From contig CAIZZE010000008.1 in the NCBI GenBank assembly GCA_903937405.1, positions 8,641 through 72,640 of the forward strand: a stretch of 64,000 bases of DNA. The letters run 5' to 3'. A model generated the notes under the pieces. That model was not told where the DNA came from. It saw only the letters and a list, made by a program, of their open reading frames with translations, and did no database searches. The first letter of the stretch is position 1, and the number at the start of each line of letters is the position of its first letter. Shown here in pieces: positions 8,786 to 19,633 of this stretch. Made by a program: the position numbers and the translations under genes. The DNA comes from an uncultured Alphaproteobacteria bacterium. GTDB taxonomy: Bacteria > Pseudomonadota > Alphaproteobacteria > Rickettsiales > UBA1997.

Positions 8786-10117
8786 TTAGATTTTGGGCAG
8801 TTGTTCATTTTTATGTTTGTTAAAGATTGAGAAATCACTTGGTTTAAATTCTTTTTTGATGATTTTTTTGGTATAATTCAAGCAGCAGAAGAATAAAAAT
8901 AGTGATAAAATTGCTATCACCGAAAGCCATAAACCTTGCGGCCCAAGGTTTTTCATGATAGCGCCCGTGGCAAAAAGACCAACGATATTTCCAAGTAAAC
9001 TGATTCGTGAAAAAGCGCTATTAACGGCGAGTCGTTGCGTGGGTTTATATTTTTCATTTATCAAAACAATTGCCGGAAGTTTTACTCCAGCAAGTGCGCC
9101 AAACATCAGGAAAAGTAGGGGATAAATTTTATGCGGAAATTGGTTAATATGAAGCATATAAGCAAAAGCGAGGGCGAGAATGGCAGAGAAAATCATTAAA
9201 AACCGGCGACTCATAATATCAGCCAAATAGCCGATTGGAATGTAGAAAATCGTGCCGAAAAGTAAAACTGACAAAAGCAAAGAAGCTTCATCTTTAGGCA
9301 TACCAATTTTAATTCCGTAAATAATTAAAAAGGCGCTGGAAGAAGACATAGCGTAGCTCACGCAAAAAGCGGCGAGCATGATTTTTGGGGAATTTTTTAT
9401 ATAGCGCCAAATTGAAATATTTTTTTCTTCGCGAACTGCGGCATCAAGTTTTTTAAGGCGAGCGAGCGGAATCATTGAGGCGATGTAAAATCCGCTGGCA
9501 ATTACGTAAGTCGAAAAATTATCAAAAGATTGCAAAATATTTAAAAGCACCGGTCCCAAACTATTGCCAAATGCAACCAGCATTGTTCCCATTGAAATAA
9601 TCATCGCTCGCATGTGAGTTGGAGCCAGATCAATCATGATTGTATTGCGGGTTACGCCGCAAATGAAAAAAGAAGTTCCGATGCAAAAAATAATTAAAAG
9701 CCAGAGTAAATAACCCGGATAAACAAAAAGTGTCAGGGCGCAGATTGCCGAAATAATTGAGCCAAGATAAATGCTGTTAATCATGCCGGCTTTACGGCCC
9801 ATTGAGGGAAGAAAGCGCGAGAAAATTACACCAGCGCCAATTTGAGTGGCGGTTGAAAGTGAGATTAAAATTTCATTTTTAACATTGGCTTCAAGTTTAA
9901 GAGCGATCATTACCATCAATATTCCGTAGCCAATTGCTGACAGAAAAATTGAAGAAAAAATTGCTGCTAAATCTTTTACCAAGCTAATCGTCCAGCAAAA
10001 TTCTTTATTGCCAGAAATTGTTTCTGCTGATTTTGTCGGCGGTGGTGTGAAGCCGGAACCGCTGACATCATAGCTTCTAGTTATAGTTTCGTGGTTTGTT
10101 CGAGAATGAGTCAGCAT
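8786..10117 (-). CDS. MFS transporter
   Basis: 443 aa, about 12 hydrophobic segments. Loop motif GRKAGM after TM2 resembles the MFS D-R/K-x-G-R-K/R signature. Confidence 0.7.
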   Translation of the reverse strand: MLTHSRTNHETITRSYDVSGSGFTPPPTKSAETISGNKEFCWTISLVKDLAAIFSSIFLSAIGYGILMVMIALKLEANVKNEILISLSTATQIGAGVIFSRFLPSMGRKAGMINSIYLGSIISAICALTLFVYPGYLLWLLIIFCIGTSFFICGVTRNTIMIDLAPTHMRAMIISMGTMLVAFGNSLGPVLLNILQSFDNFSTYVIASGFYIASMIPLARLKKLDAAVREEKNISIWRYIKNSPKIMLAAFCVSYAMSSSSAFLIIYGIKIGMPKDEASLLLSVLLFGTIFYIPIGYLADIMSRRFLMIFSAILALAFAYMLHINQFPHKIYPLLFLMFGALAGVKLPAIVLINEKYKPTQRLAVNSAFSRISLLGNIVGLFATGAIMKNLGPQGLWLSVIAILSLFLFFCCLNYTKKIIKKEFKPSDFSIFNKHKNEQLPKI

Positions 10118-11548
10118 CTAAATCATTTTTCTAACATCGGTTAAATGTCCGGTTAGAGCTGCTGCCGCCGCCATTGCTGGGCTTAGAAGGTGAGTTCTGC
10201 CGCCGCGACCTTGTCTGCCTTCAAAATTTCGGTTGGAAGTCGAAGCGCATCTTTCGCCAAATTCCAATTTATCAGAATTCATTGCCAAACACATTGAGCA
10301 GCCCGGTTCGCGCCATTCAAAACCTGCTGCGGTGAAAATTTTATCAAGACCTTCTTTTTCAGCTTGCTCTTTAACTAAACCTGACCCCGGAACCACCATT
10401 GCAAGTTTGATATTTGCGGCGATTTTTTTGCCATCAACAATTTTTGCAGCTTCGCGGAAATCTTCAATTCTGCCATTAGTGCAAGAACCAATGAAAACTT
10501 TATCGATTATAACTTCTTCAAGTGGAGTTCCAGCGACGAGACCCATATATTCAAGTGATCTTTTAACAGCTTCTTGTTTGCCGACATCAGAAAAACTTTC
10601 TGGAGATGGAACTTTAGCGGTTATTGGCAAAGCATCTTCTGGGCTGGTTCCCCAAGTTACTTGTGGAGCAATTTCATCAGCATGTAAAATTAATTCTTTG
10701 TCATATTTAGCGCCTTTGTCAGAAGCCAAAGAATCCCAATATTTAACTGCTTTGTCAAAATCTTCATTTTTTGGTGCGAGAGGGCGGCCTTTTAAGTAAG
10801 CGTAAGTAGTTTCATCAGGCGCGATTAATCCAGCGCGAGCGCCAGCTTCAATTGCCATATTGCAAACTGTCATGCGCGCTTCCATTGAAAGCGATTTGAT
10901 TGCTTCTCCCGCATATTCAATAACGCATCCAGTTGCGCCGGCAGTTCCGATTTTTCCGATTACGGCAAGAGTAATATCTTTTGCGGTTACGCCTTTTCCA
11001 AGCTTGCCATCAACGCGAACTAAAAAGTTTTTTGCTGGAGATTGAATTAAAGTTTGAGTTGCTAAAACATGTTCAACTTCAGAAGTTCCAATGCCAAAAG
11101 CCAAAGCACCAAATGCGCCGTGGGTTGAAGTGTGACTATCGCCGCAAACTATTACCATTCCGGGTTGAGTCAAACCTTGCTCTGGTCCAACGATGTGAAC
11201 GATGCCTTGTTTTTTGTCATCTAAATCAAAATATTTAATGCCAAATTCTTTGCAATTTGCTTCCAGAGTTTCAACTTGAATGCGCGAAGTTGCATCTTTA
11301 ATTCCCGAAGTTCCGTGGCCGCGATCGGCAGTTGTGGTTGGAACATTGTGATCAGCAACTGCTAAATGTGCTTCTGGTCTTCTGGGTTTGCGGTGTTTCA
11401 TGCGCAAGCCTTCAAAAGCTTGAGGTGAAGTTACTTCATGGATTAATTGGCGATCAACGTAAATGGCGCTTGAAGAGCCATCGTCGTAAACTAAATGTGA
11501 ATCCCAGATTTTATCGTAAAGAGTTTTAGGCGCAGAAGAGTTAGTCAT
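10118..11548 (-). CDS. leuC: 3-isopropylmalate dehydratase large subunit
   Basis: 476 aa with [38 protein letters not shown] and NRNFEGRQG aconitase-family motifs. Confidence 0.95.
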   Translation of the reverse strand: MTNSSAPKTLYDKIWDSHLVYDDGSSSAIYVDRQLIHEVTSPQAFEGLRMKHRKPRRPEAHLAVADHNVPTTTADRGHGTSGIKDATSRIQVETLEANCKEFGIKYFDLDDKKQGIVHIVGPEQGLTQPGMVIVCGDSHTSTHGAFGALAFGIGTSEVEHVLATQTLIQSPAKNFLVRVDGKLGKGVTAKDITLAVIGKIGTAGATGCVIEYAGEAIKSLSMEARMTVCNMAIEAGARAGLIAPDETTYAYLKGRPLAPKNEDFDKAVKYWDSLASDKGAKYDKELILHADEIAPQVTWGTSPEDALPITAKVPSPESFSDVGKQEAVKRSLEYMGLVAGTPLEEVIIDKVFIGSCTNGRIEDFREAAKIVDGKKIAANIKLAMVVPGSGLVKEQAEKEGLDKIFTAAGFEWREPGCSMCLAMNSDKLEFGERCASTSNRNFEGRQGRGGRTHLLSPAMAAAAALTGHLTDVRKMI

Positions 11549-11718
11549 TATGAAGTAAGAAAAATATGTTAGAAATGATGAAATGTATGATCGCGAAGGG
11601 ATTTATTTTTTGCAATTTAAAATTTGTTTTGAAATCAGAAATGTACAAAAAACATCTTGCTTATGGGATGGTTTGATGATCTAGCTTTGTAAAATATTAA
11701 TTAAATTGCGGAGGGGAA

Positions 11719-12244
11719 ATGAGCGTGCATTGTAAAAATAAAATGGAAATTATTTTAAGTCATTTAGAAGAAGCGGTCCTTAAAATGGGAGCCGTTGTTA
11801 AATAAAGTCTTTGGGACTTGATGTTAATGAAGAGCATGGATTTTTTCATCAAATTCTCCATGAATTAGTCGGAGTATTTAGTGCAGATTTGGAATGTGAA
11901 AAAGAAGAAGCAAAAATGGATCGCCATAAAACCAAACAAATTTTACAAAATCTTTTAGATCGATTGGCGCATAAAAGTGCTGAAATTGAAGAGGCGGAAA
12001 TTGAATCTTATTCACTTTCTATAAATGAGCCGACATTGAGCGAAAGAAAAATCATTGATATGATAACAAATTCTTTTGACGAAGCCAATAAATTGGATTT
12101 CTTAAAACATTTTTTAGAAGAAGAAAAAAAGATGATAATCTGAGAAAATTGGTAGAAGCCTTTCAGAATAAGATCGTTAAAATTGAAGAAGGAAAAGGCA
12201 AATTTAAAGAACGGGGTTTGGAAGATTTGGGGCAGAATGATTAA
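11719..12244 (+). pseudogene. possible frameshifted acidic coiled-coil ORF (three frame segments)
   Basis: A strong SD (GGAGGGG) precedes ATG 11719, giving a 28-codon ORF that ends at 11805. A second segment runs 11811-12143 from a TTG start. After an A-run at 12124-12130, a third frame continues to a stop at 12242-12244. No family recognised. Confidence 0.25.
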
Positions 12245-12352
12245 ACATTTCCGCACTTATAAGTAATTGAGGAATAATTCTTGATTTATCTTAAGTTCAA
12301 AGTTGGAATAGTTTTTTTATTTAAAAATTTAATTGAATATACTAAAATAAAA

Positions 12353-13153
12353 ATGAATCTCCTATTTTGCGGTGATGTAGTCGGTCGGGCTGGACGCAAA
12401 ATAGTCACCGAAAATCTCGCCAGAATTAAAGCCGAAAATAAAATCGATTTCACAATCGTAAATTGCGATAATGCTTCTGGCGGATTTGGTGTTAATCGCA
12501 GCGCTGCGCAGGAAATATTAAATGCTGGAGCCGATGTTTTAACTGGTGGCGATCACATTTGGGATCAAAAAGAAATCACCAGTTTCATTAATGATTTTAA
12601 GCGTTTACTGCGCCCCGCAAATTTCCCCAAATCTTGTCCCGGAGTTGGTGTCGGAATTTTTCACACCGCTGATAATCGCAAAGTTTTAGTAATTCATCTT
12701 TTAGGTCAGGTTTTTACCAAATATCACGTTTCATGCCCATTTGAAGAGGCTCAGCAGCTTATTGAAACTCAGGTTTTAAAAAAAGATGTCGATGCAATTT
12801 TTGTTGATTTTCACGCTGAAGCAACTTCAGAAAAAATGGCGATGGGAAAATTTTTAGATGGTAAAGTTAGCGCTGTAATTGGTTCGCACACTCACATTCC
12901 AACTGCCGATTGTCACATCATGAAAAATGGCACCGCTTATCAAACTGATGCCGGAATGTGCGGTGATTATGATTCAGTAATTGGCATGGAAAAAACCGTG
13001 CCGCTTCGTATGTTTTTAGAAAAACGCAAATTCGCCAGAATGGAACCAGCGCAAGGTGAAGCAACTTTATGCGCCACAATTGTTGAAATTGATGATGCCA
13101 CAGGTCTTGCCAAAAAAATATCGCCGATTAAATTTGGCGGAATCTTAAAGTAA
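12353..13153 (+). CDS. YmdB-like metallophosphoesterase (2',3'-cyclic-nucleotide phosphodiesterase family, TIGR00282-like)
   Basis: MNLLFCGDVVGRAGR..., NCDNASGGFG, GGDHIWD, DFHAEATSEK and GSHTHIPTAD motifs. Start moved to ATG 12353. Confidence 0.8.
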   Translation: MNLLFCGDVVGRAGRKIVTENLARIKAENKIDFTIVNCDNASGGFGVNRSAAQEILNAGADVLTGGDHIWDQKEITSFINDFKRLLRPANFPKSCPGVGVGIFHTADNRKVLVIHLLGQVFTKYHVSCPFEEAQQLIETQVLKKDVDAIFVDFHAEATSEKMAMGKFLDGKVSAVIGSHTHIPTADCHIMKNGTAYQTDAGMCGDYDSVIGMEKTVPLRMFLEKRKFARMEPAQGEATLCATIVEIDDATGLAKKISPIKFGGILK

Positions 13154-13172
13154 TCAACAACTTCTCATATTC

Positions 13173-13919
13173 ATGGCCGGTCATTCCCAGTTTGCAAATA
13201 TCAAACATCGTAAAGGAGCGCAAGACGCTAAAAAAGCTAAACGTTTTACCAAAATTCTTCGCGAAATAACTGTTGCCGCTAAAACCGGACAGCCTGATCC
13301 TAACTTCAATCCGCGTTTAAGAAATGCCATGATTGAAGCGCGCGTTAACAACATGCCCAAAGATCGTGTTGATGCTGCAATCAAAAAAGTAATTGCTGGA
13401 AGTGAGGGTGATAATTTCGAAGAAATTCGCTACGAAGGCTACGCTCCGGGTGGAATTGCAATTATTGTTGAAGCTTTAACTGACAATCGTAACCGCACCG
13501 CTTCTGAGGTGCGCAGCATTTTTACTAAAGCTGGAGGCGCTTTGGGCGAAACCGGATCGGTTGGTTTTATGTTTGATCATATTGGTTTAATTCAGTTTGA
13601 TGGCAAAGTTGCGTCGGAAGAAGAAATGTTTGAAGCCGCTTTAGAAGCTGGTGCGCAGGAAGTTGAATCATCAAGCGAACTTCACATTATAATTACACAA
13701 CCAGAAAATCTAGGCGCGGTGCGTGATGCTTTAACCGAAAAATTTAAAGATCCGCTTTCGGCAAAATTTGATTGGAAAGCAAAAAATAGCATGGAAATTG
13801 CTGATTTGGAACAAGCGCAAAAACTTATGAAAATGATTGATGCCTTGGAAGATTGTGATGATGTGCAAATGGTAACTGGCAACTATATTTTCCCCGATGA
13901 AATTGTTGACAAAATTTAA
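13173..13919 (+). CDS. yebC: YebC/PmpR family DNA-binding transcriptional regulator
   Basis: MAGHSQFANIKHRKGAQDAKKAKRFTK... is the canonical YebC N-terminus. 248 aa. Confidence 0.92.
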   Translation: MAGHSQFANIKHRKGAQDAKKAKRFTKILREITVAAKTGQPDPNFNPRLRNAMIEARVNNMPKDRVDAAIKKVIAGSEGDNFEEIRYEGYAPGGIAIIVEALTDNRNRTASEVRSIFTKAGGALGETGSVGFMFDHIGLIQFDGKVASEEEMFEAALEAGAQEVESSSELHIIITQPENLGAVRDALTEKFKDPLSAKFDWKAKNSMEIADLEQAQKLMKMIDALEDCDDVQMVTGNYIFPDEIVDKI

Positions 13920-14062
13920 GGCAACAAAATTTATTTTTTATTAATCCAAACAGAAGAAGTTGAAACTAAACAAGTATTCAAATTGGGTTGATTCAAAATA
14001 AAAAATCACCACTAGCCACCAGATTCGTTGAGAATCGAGAAGTTGGTAATATTCTATAAAGA

Positions 14063-16864
14063 ATGATAAAACTACTAAACAATCGCGAGTTAATGATTAA
14101 TCAAAATCCCGAACAAATAGCCAGAGACGAAATAGACAAGCAACTAAGAGATTGTGGCTGGATAGTTCAAGATATTAAGAAAATAGATCTCTTTGCCACT
14201 CTTGGTGTTGCAGTTAAAGAATATTCAACTGACGTCGGCCCAGCTGACTATGTTTTATTTGTTGGCGGAAAGGCTTGTGGAGTAATTGAAGCAAAGCGTG
14301 AAGAAGAGGGTCACCGAATCAACATTCACGAAGAGCAAGGTGAAAATTACGCCAAATCGCAATTAAAATATTTAAAAAATGAACCACTTCCTTTTGTTTA
14401 CATAAGCACCGGCAAGCTAAATCGATTCACCGATTTCAACGATCCAAAACCAAGAGCGAGAGAAGTATTTAATTTTCATCGCCCCGAAACTCTTAGCCAA
14501 TGGCTTAAAGAAAAATCACTCAGAACAAGATTATTAGATTTGCCAAATCTGCCGACAGAATCTTTGAGAGATTGCCAAATTAGAGCCATCAACAAACTAG
14601 AAATTTCATTCAAAGAAAATCGTCCCAAGGCCTTGATACAAATGGCGACAGGTTCTGGAAAAACTTTCACCGCCATCACCTTCATTTATCGTTTGTTAAA
14701 ATACGCAAAAGCCAAACGAGTTTTATTTCTAGTAGATACCAAGAACCTTGGCGAACAAGCCGAGCAAGAATTTATGTCATTTATCCCCAATGATGACAAT
14801 CGAAAATTTACAGAACTTTACGCCGTTTCTCGCTTAAAATCGAGCCACATTCCAAAAGATAGTCAAGTCTGCATCAGCACAATTCAGCGCCTTTATTCGG
14901 TTTTAAAAGGCAAAGAATTGGACGAAAAAGCTGAAGAAGAAAACCCGCATGAAGCCAAGTGGCAACCAAAAGCAATTCCACCTCTCGAATATGATTCAAA
15001 AATGCCAATCGAGTTTTTTGATTTTATTGTAATCGATGAATGTCACCGCAGCATTTACAATCTTTGGAAACAAGTTTTAGATTATTATGATGCCTTTCAA
15101 ATTGGCTTAACCGCAACTCCAGACAAAAGAACAATTGGCTATTTTAACCAAAACATCGTCAGTGAATATTCTCACGAAATGGCGGTTGTTGATGGCGTAA
15201 ATGTGCCCAGCAAAGTTTTTATCATCGACACCAAAATCACCAAAGAAGGCGCAACCATTCCAGCTTTAGAATATGTTGAACATCGCGAAAAACTAAGCCG
15301 TAAAAAGCGCATCGAATTGCAAGATGAAGATGAGCAATATTCAGGAAAACAGCTTGATCGCGAAATAGTAAACACAAACCAAATCAGAACCGTAATCAAA
15401 ACCTTCAAAGAAAATTTACCTAAAATTTTTATCGATCGCTTTGACAAAGATGGTATTTTTGAAGTTCCAAAAACTTTAATTTTTGCCAAAACCGACAGCC
15501 ACGCAGACGACATCATTCAAATTGTTCGCGAAGAATTTGCCGAAGAAAATAAATTCTGCAAAAAAATCACTTACAACAGCGAAGACCCAAAAAGCACCTT
15601 ATCAGAATTTCGCGGCAGCTTTTATCCAAGAATTGCCGTCACGGTTGATATGATTGCAACTGGCACCGACGTTAAGCCTTTAGAATGTTTGCTTTTTATG
15701 CGCGACGTAAAAAGCCGCAACTATTTTGAACAAATGAAAGGTCGCGGCACCAGAACCATCGATCTCGACACTTTGCGAAAAGTAACGCCAACCGCCAAAC
15801 TAACCAAAGATCACTTTGTTATTTTTGACGCAATTGGCGTTTCAAAAAGCTTAAAAACCGATATTCGCCCTTTAGACAAAAAACCATCAGCGCCTTTAAA
15901 AGATTTGCTTCGCGCCATTGCAGTTGGCGCAAGAGATGAAGAGTTGTTCACCACAATTGCCAGCCGCTTAGCGGGTTTAGACAAACAATTAACTGAAAAA
16001 CAAAAGCTAGAATTTACAAAAAAAGCCAATGGCAAAACAATTTCTCAAGTTGCCAAAGATCTTCTCGAAGCCTTTGATCCAGATATTTTAGAAGAAATTG
16101 CTGACAAAGTAGAAAATGAAAAAGCCAATCAAGTGCCAGAAGAAATCGCAAGAAAAATCAAATTCAAATTTGAAGAACTGCAAAACCAAGCTGCCAAAGT
16201 TTTCACCGGCGAGCTAAATGAATTTATCGAAAACGCTCGCAAAACTCTTGAACAAAAAATTGATCTCAGCAATCCAGACGAAGTAATATTTGCGGGCTGG
16301 AGCCAAGAAAACAAAGACAAAGCCCAAGAATTAATAAACTCTTTTGAAGAGTGGATTTTAGCCAATAAAGACGAACTCAAAGCTTTGCAAATTTTCTACA
16401 ATCAACCCTTTCGCCGCCGCGAACTTAGTTTTGCTGACATCAAGCAAGTTTTAGAAAAATTAAAAACTGAAAAACCAATTCTTAATCCGCTTAATGTTTG
16501 GAAGGCCTTTGAAGCAAATGGAGAATCTGCTGGAGTGGTGGATAACGAACTAACAGCTCTAATGTCGCTAATTCGCAAAAGCAGCGGAATTGACCAAGCA
16601 CTCACCAACTACAATAAAACCGTAGATAAAAACTTTCAAAACTGGGTTTTTAAAAAACAGGCAGGAGCAACAAAATATAATGAAGAACAAATGCAATGGC
16701 TGCGCTTAATTAAAGATCACAACGCCGCCAGCTTTCACATTGAAAAAGACGATTTTGATTTAAACCCTTTCAACGCCAAAGGCGGACTTAGCAAAATGTG
16801 GCAGTTATTTGGCAGTCAAAGCGATGCAATTATTGATGAATTAAATGAGGCTTTGTCAGAATAA
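14063..16864 (+). CDS. hsdR: type I restriction endonuclease subunit R (EcoEI-like, with long C-terminal domain)
   Basis: N-terminal PD-(D/E)xK nuclease (ADYVLF...GVIEAKRE). Helicase motifs MATGSGKT, DECHRS, GLTATP and QMKGRGTR. Followed directly by hsdS and hsdM. Confidence 0.9.
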   Translation: MIKLLNNRELMINQNPEQIARDEIDKQLRDCGWIVQDIKKIDLFATLGVAVKEYSTDVGPADYVLFVGGKACGVIEAKREEEGHRINIHEEQGENYAKSQLKYLKNEPLPFVYISTGKLNRFTDFNDPKPRAREVFNFHRPETLSQWLKEKSLRTRLLDLPNLPTESLRDCQIRAINKLEISFKENRPKALIQMATGSGKTFTAITFIYRLLKYAKAKRVLFLVDTKNLGEQAEQEFMSFIPNDDNRKFTELYAVSRLKSSHIPKDSQVCISTIQRLYSVLKGKELDEKAEEENPHEAKWQPKAIPPLEYDSKMPIEFFDFIVIDECHRSIYNLWKQVLDYYDAFQIGLTATPDKRTIGYFNQNIVSEYSHEMAVVDGVNVPSKVFIIDTKITKEGATIPALEYVEHREKLSRKKRIELQDEDEQYSGKQLDREIVNTNQIRTVIKTFKENLPKIFIDRFDKDGIFEVPKTLIFAKTDSHADDIIQIVREEFAEENKFCKKITYNSEDPKSTLSEFRGSFYPRIAVTVDMIATGTDVKPLECLLFMRDVKSRNYFEQMKGRGTRTIDLDTLRKVTPTAKLTKDHFVIFDAIGVSKSLKTDIRPLDKKPSAPLKDLLRAIAVGARDEELFTTIASRLAGLDKQLTEKQKLEFTKKANGKTISQVAKDLLEAFDPDILEEIADKVENEKANQVPEEIARKIKFKFEELQNQAAKVFTGELNEFIENARKTLEQKIDLSNPDEVIFAGWSQENKDKAQELINSFEEWILANKDELKALQIFYNQPFRRRELSFADIKQVLEKLKTEKPILNPLNVWKAFEANGESAGVVDNELTALMSLIRKSSGIDQALTNYNKTVDKNFQNWVFKKQAGATKYNEEQMQWLRLIKDHNAASFHIEKDDFDLNPFNAKGGLSKMWQLFGSQSDAIIDELNEALSE

Positions 16865-18093
16865 TGATTGAAGAAAGTAAATTGCCGAAAGGCTGGGAAG
16901 TGAAGAAGTTGGGTGAGGTTTGTTTGACAACGAGTGGTGGAACACCAAACAGAGGAAATAAAGAATTCTATGAAGGCGCTATCCCTTGGGTTAAATCTGG
17001 CGAGTTAGACAGAGGTCTAATTTTGGAGACGGAGGAAAGAATTTCTGAAGAGGCAATTAAAAATTCGAGCGCAAAAATATTTCCTAAAGGAACTTTATTG
17101 ATTGCTCTGTATGGTGCGACAATCGGAAAGTTAGCCTTTCTTGGTATAGATGCAGCCTCAAACCAAGCGGTATGCGGCATCTTTAAGAGCGAAAAAATAA
17201 ACTCAAACTATCTGTTCAATTTTCTTTTTTATAAGAAACCAACTCTAGTTAAACAAAGTATTGGTGGTGCCCAGCCAAACATTAGTCAGGGAATTTTAAA
17301 AAATTTAGAAATTCCGATTCCATCAATAGATGAGCAACAAAAAATCGTCACAAAAATTGAAGAGCTTTTTAGTCAGTTAGAAAATGGCAAACAGCAACTT
17401 TTAACCGCACAAAAACAACTAAAAACCTACCGCCAAAGCCTACTAAAAAGTGCCTTTGAAGGCAAACTAACCAATCAAAATCTAAAAGCCGGCGAATTGC
17501 CGAATGGGTGGAAAACGTTAAAAGTTCTTGAGCTTGGAGAAATATCAACAGGATCGACACCGTCAAAATCCAATCCTGCATTTTATTCGAATAAATTTCC
17601 TTTTTACAAACCAACTGACTTAGAAGCTGGGTACAATGTTAGAAAGTCATCGGACAATTTATCGGACTTGGGAATTAAGGAAGCTAGATTTCTTCCAGCT
17701 AACTCAATACTCGTAACTTGTATAGGTGCAACAATAGGAAAAACAGGAATCATTCGGAGAGAAGGAGCTAGTAATCAACAAATAAATACAATTATTCCAT
17801 CAAAAAATCTTGATCCAAATTTTATTTATTACCAAGCGATTGCACCGAAATTTCAGAAGACAATCAAAGACAATTATTCTCAAACAACTTTACCAATTTT
17901 AAATAAGTCAAAATTTCAAAATCTTGAGATGAATATTTGTTCACTTCCCGAACAACAAAAAATAGTCGCCATCTTAGAATCAAAACTAACCATCTGCGAC
18001 AAAATAGAAGAAACCATCAAAACCAGTTTACAACAAAGCGAAACCTTGCGCCAAAGCATTCTAAAAAAAGCTTTTGAAGGGCGGTTGGTTTAA
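16864..18093 (+). CDS. hsdS: type I restriction-modification specificity subunit
   Basis: Two target-recognition domains separated by duplicated conserved helices (EQQKIV...LRQSLLKSAFEGKL and EQQKIV...LRQSILKKAFEGRL). ATGA overlap with the hsdR stop. Confidence 0.9.
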   Translation: MIEESKLPKGWEVKKLGEVCLTTSGGTPNRGNKEFYEGAIPWVKSGELDRGLILETEERISEEAIKNSSAKIFPKGTLLIALYGATIGKLAFLGIDAASNQAVCGIFKSEKINSNYLFNFLFYKKPTLVKQSIGGAQPNISQGILKNLEIPIPSIDEQQKIVTKIEELFSQLENGKQQLLTAQKQLKTYRQSLLKSAFEGKLTNQNLKAGELPNGWKTLKVLELGEISTGSTPSKSNPAFYSNKFPFYKPTDLEAGYNVRKSSDNLSDLGIKEARFLPANSILVTCIGATIGKTGIIRREGASNQQINTIIPSKNLDPNFIYYQAIAPKFQKTIKDNYSQTTLPILNKSKFQNLEMNICSLPEQQKIVAILESKLTICDKIEETIKTSLQQSETLRQSILKKAFEGRLV

Positions 18094-18120
18094 ATTAAAG
18101 AAAATTAAATTATTAAAAAA

Positions 18121-19611
18121 ATGAGCAAAAATACTTCTTCAATAGTTTCAAAAGTTTGGAGCTTTTGTAATCCTCTTCGCGATGTTGGTGTTGGTTATGG
18201 CGACTATTTAGAACAACTTACTTATTTGCTGTTTTTGAAAATGGCTGATGAATATGTCAAGCCTCCGCATAATAGAGAAAATAAAATTCCAGCTGGTTTT
18301 GGTTGGGAAAGTTTAACCAACAAAAAAGGCGCAGAGCTTGAGCTGCATTATTCAAGATTGCTTCGTGAGTTAAGCAGTGAAAAAGGAATTTTGGGACAAA
18401 TTTTTGTTAAGAGCCAAAATAAAATTCAAGATCCAGCAATGCTTGCCAAGATTATTGACATGATTCACTTAGAGCAATGGTTGGTAATGGGCGCTGATGT
18501 GAAGGGTGATATTTATGAAAGTCTTTTAGAGCAAAATGCGCAAGATGTGAAAAGTGGAGCGGGACAATATTTTACGCCGCGTCCTTTAATTAAAGCCATG
18601 GTTGAATGCATTAGACCTTTGCCAAATAAAACAATTGCTGACCCAGCTTGCGGCACTGGCGGCTTCTTTTTAGCGGCTTATGATTATTTGGTTGCCAATA
18701 ATAAGTTTGATAAAGAGCAAAATAAGTTTTTGAAGAACTCAACTTTTTATGGAAATGAAATTGTTGCAAGCACGCGCCGATTAGCTTTGATGAATTTGTT
18801 TTTGCATAATATTGGCGACATTGACAGCGCAAATTTTATTTCTCCTGCCGACGCTTTAATTGCAGCCTCGCCAACAACTTATGATTATATTTTAGCTAAC
18901 CCGCCATTTGGCAAAAAAAGCAGCCAAACTTTTACCAACGAAGAAGGCGAGCAAGAAAAAGATGATTTAACCTACAATCGCCAAGACTTTTGGGCAACCA
19001 CCAGCAACAAACAGTTAAACTTTGTTCAGCATATTAGAACGATGTTAAAAACCACCGGACTTGCTGCCGTTGTGGTTCCAGACAATGTTTTGTTTGAAGG
19101 CGGAGCTGGTGAAACTGTGCGCAAAAAGCTTTTAGAAACAACTGATCTTCACACAATTTTGCGCTTACCAACGGGAATATTTTATGCTCAAGGCGTGAAA
19201 GCCAATGTGATTTTCTTTGATAATAAACCAGCCAGCAAAACCGCTTGGACAAAGGAAGTTTGGGTTTATGATTACAGAACAAACATTCACCACACTCTAA
19301 AAAGAAACCCGCTTAAATTCGAAGATTTAAAAGATTTTATTGAGTGCTACAACCCGCTAAACAGAAATAAACGCAAAGAAACTTTTAATGCAGAAACAAA
19401 CCCCGAAGGGCGTTTTAGAAAATTTTCTTACGAAGAAATTATTGCTCGCGATAAAACCAGTTTAGATATTTCTTGGATTAAAGATAAATCCTTGGCTGAT
19501 CTTGATAATCTTCCAGATCCAGAAATTTTGGCTGAAGATATTATTGAGAATTTAGAAGCTGGGCTTGCGAGTTTTAGAGAGATTGCGGCGGTTTTAAGTA
19601 CAAGTAAATAG
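18121..19611 (+). CDS. hsdM: type I restriction-modification N6-adenine DNA methyltransferase subunit
   Basis: GQYFTPRPL, DPACGTGGF (SAM motif I) and ANPPFG (motif IV, NPPF). Confidence 0.95.
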   Translation: MSKNTSSIVSKVWSFCNPLRDVGVGYGDYLEQLTYLLFLKMADEYVKPPHNRENKIPAGFGWESLTNKKGAELELHYSRLLRELSSEKGILGQIFVKSQNKIQDPAMLAKIIDMIHLEQWLVMGADVKGDIYESLLEQNAQDVKSGAGQYFTPRPLIKAMVECIRPLPNKTIADPACGTGGFFLAAYDYLVANNKFDKEQNKFLKNSTFYGNEIVASTRRLALMNLFLHNIGDIDSANFISPADALIAASPTTYDYILANPPFGKKSSQTFTNEEGEQEKDDLTYNRQDFWATTSNKQLNFVQHIRTMLKTTGLAAVVVPDNVLFEGGAGETVRKKLLETTDLHTILRLPTGIFYAQGVKANVIFFDNKPASKTAWTKEVWVYDYRTNIHHTLKRNPLKFEDLKDFIECYNPLNRNKRKETFNAETNPEGRFRKFSYEEIIARDKTSLDISWIKDKSLADLDNLPDPEILAEDIIENLEAGLASFREIAAVLSTSK

Positions 19612-19633
19612 AGCCAGATTATGAGTATTTTGA

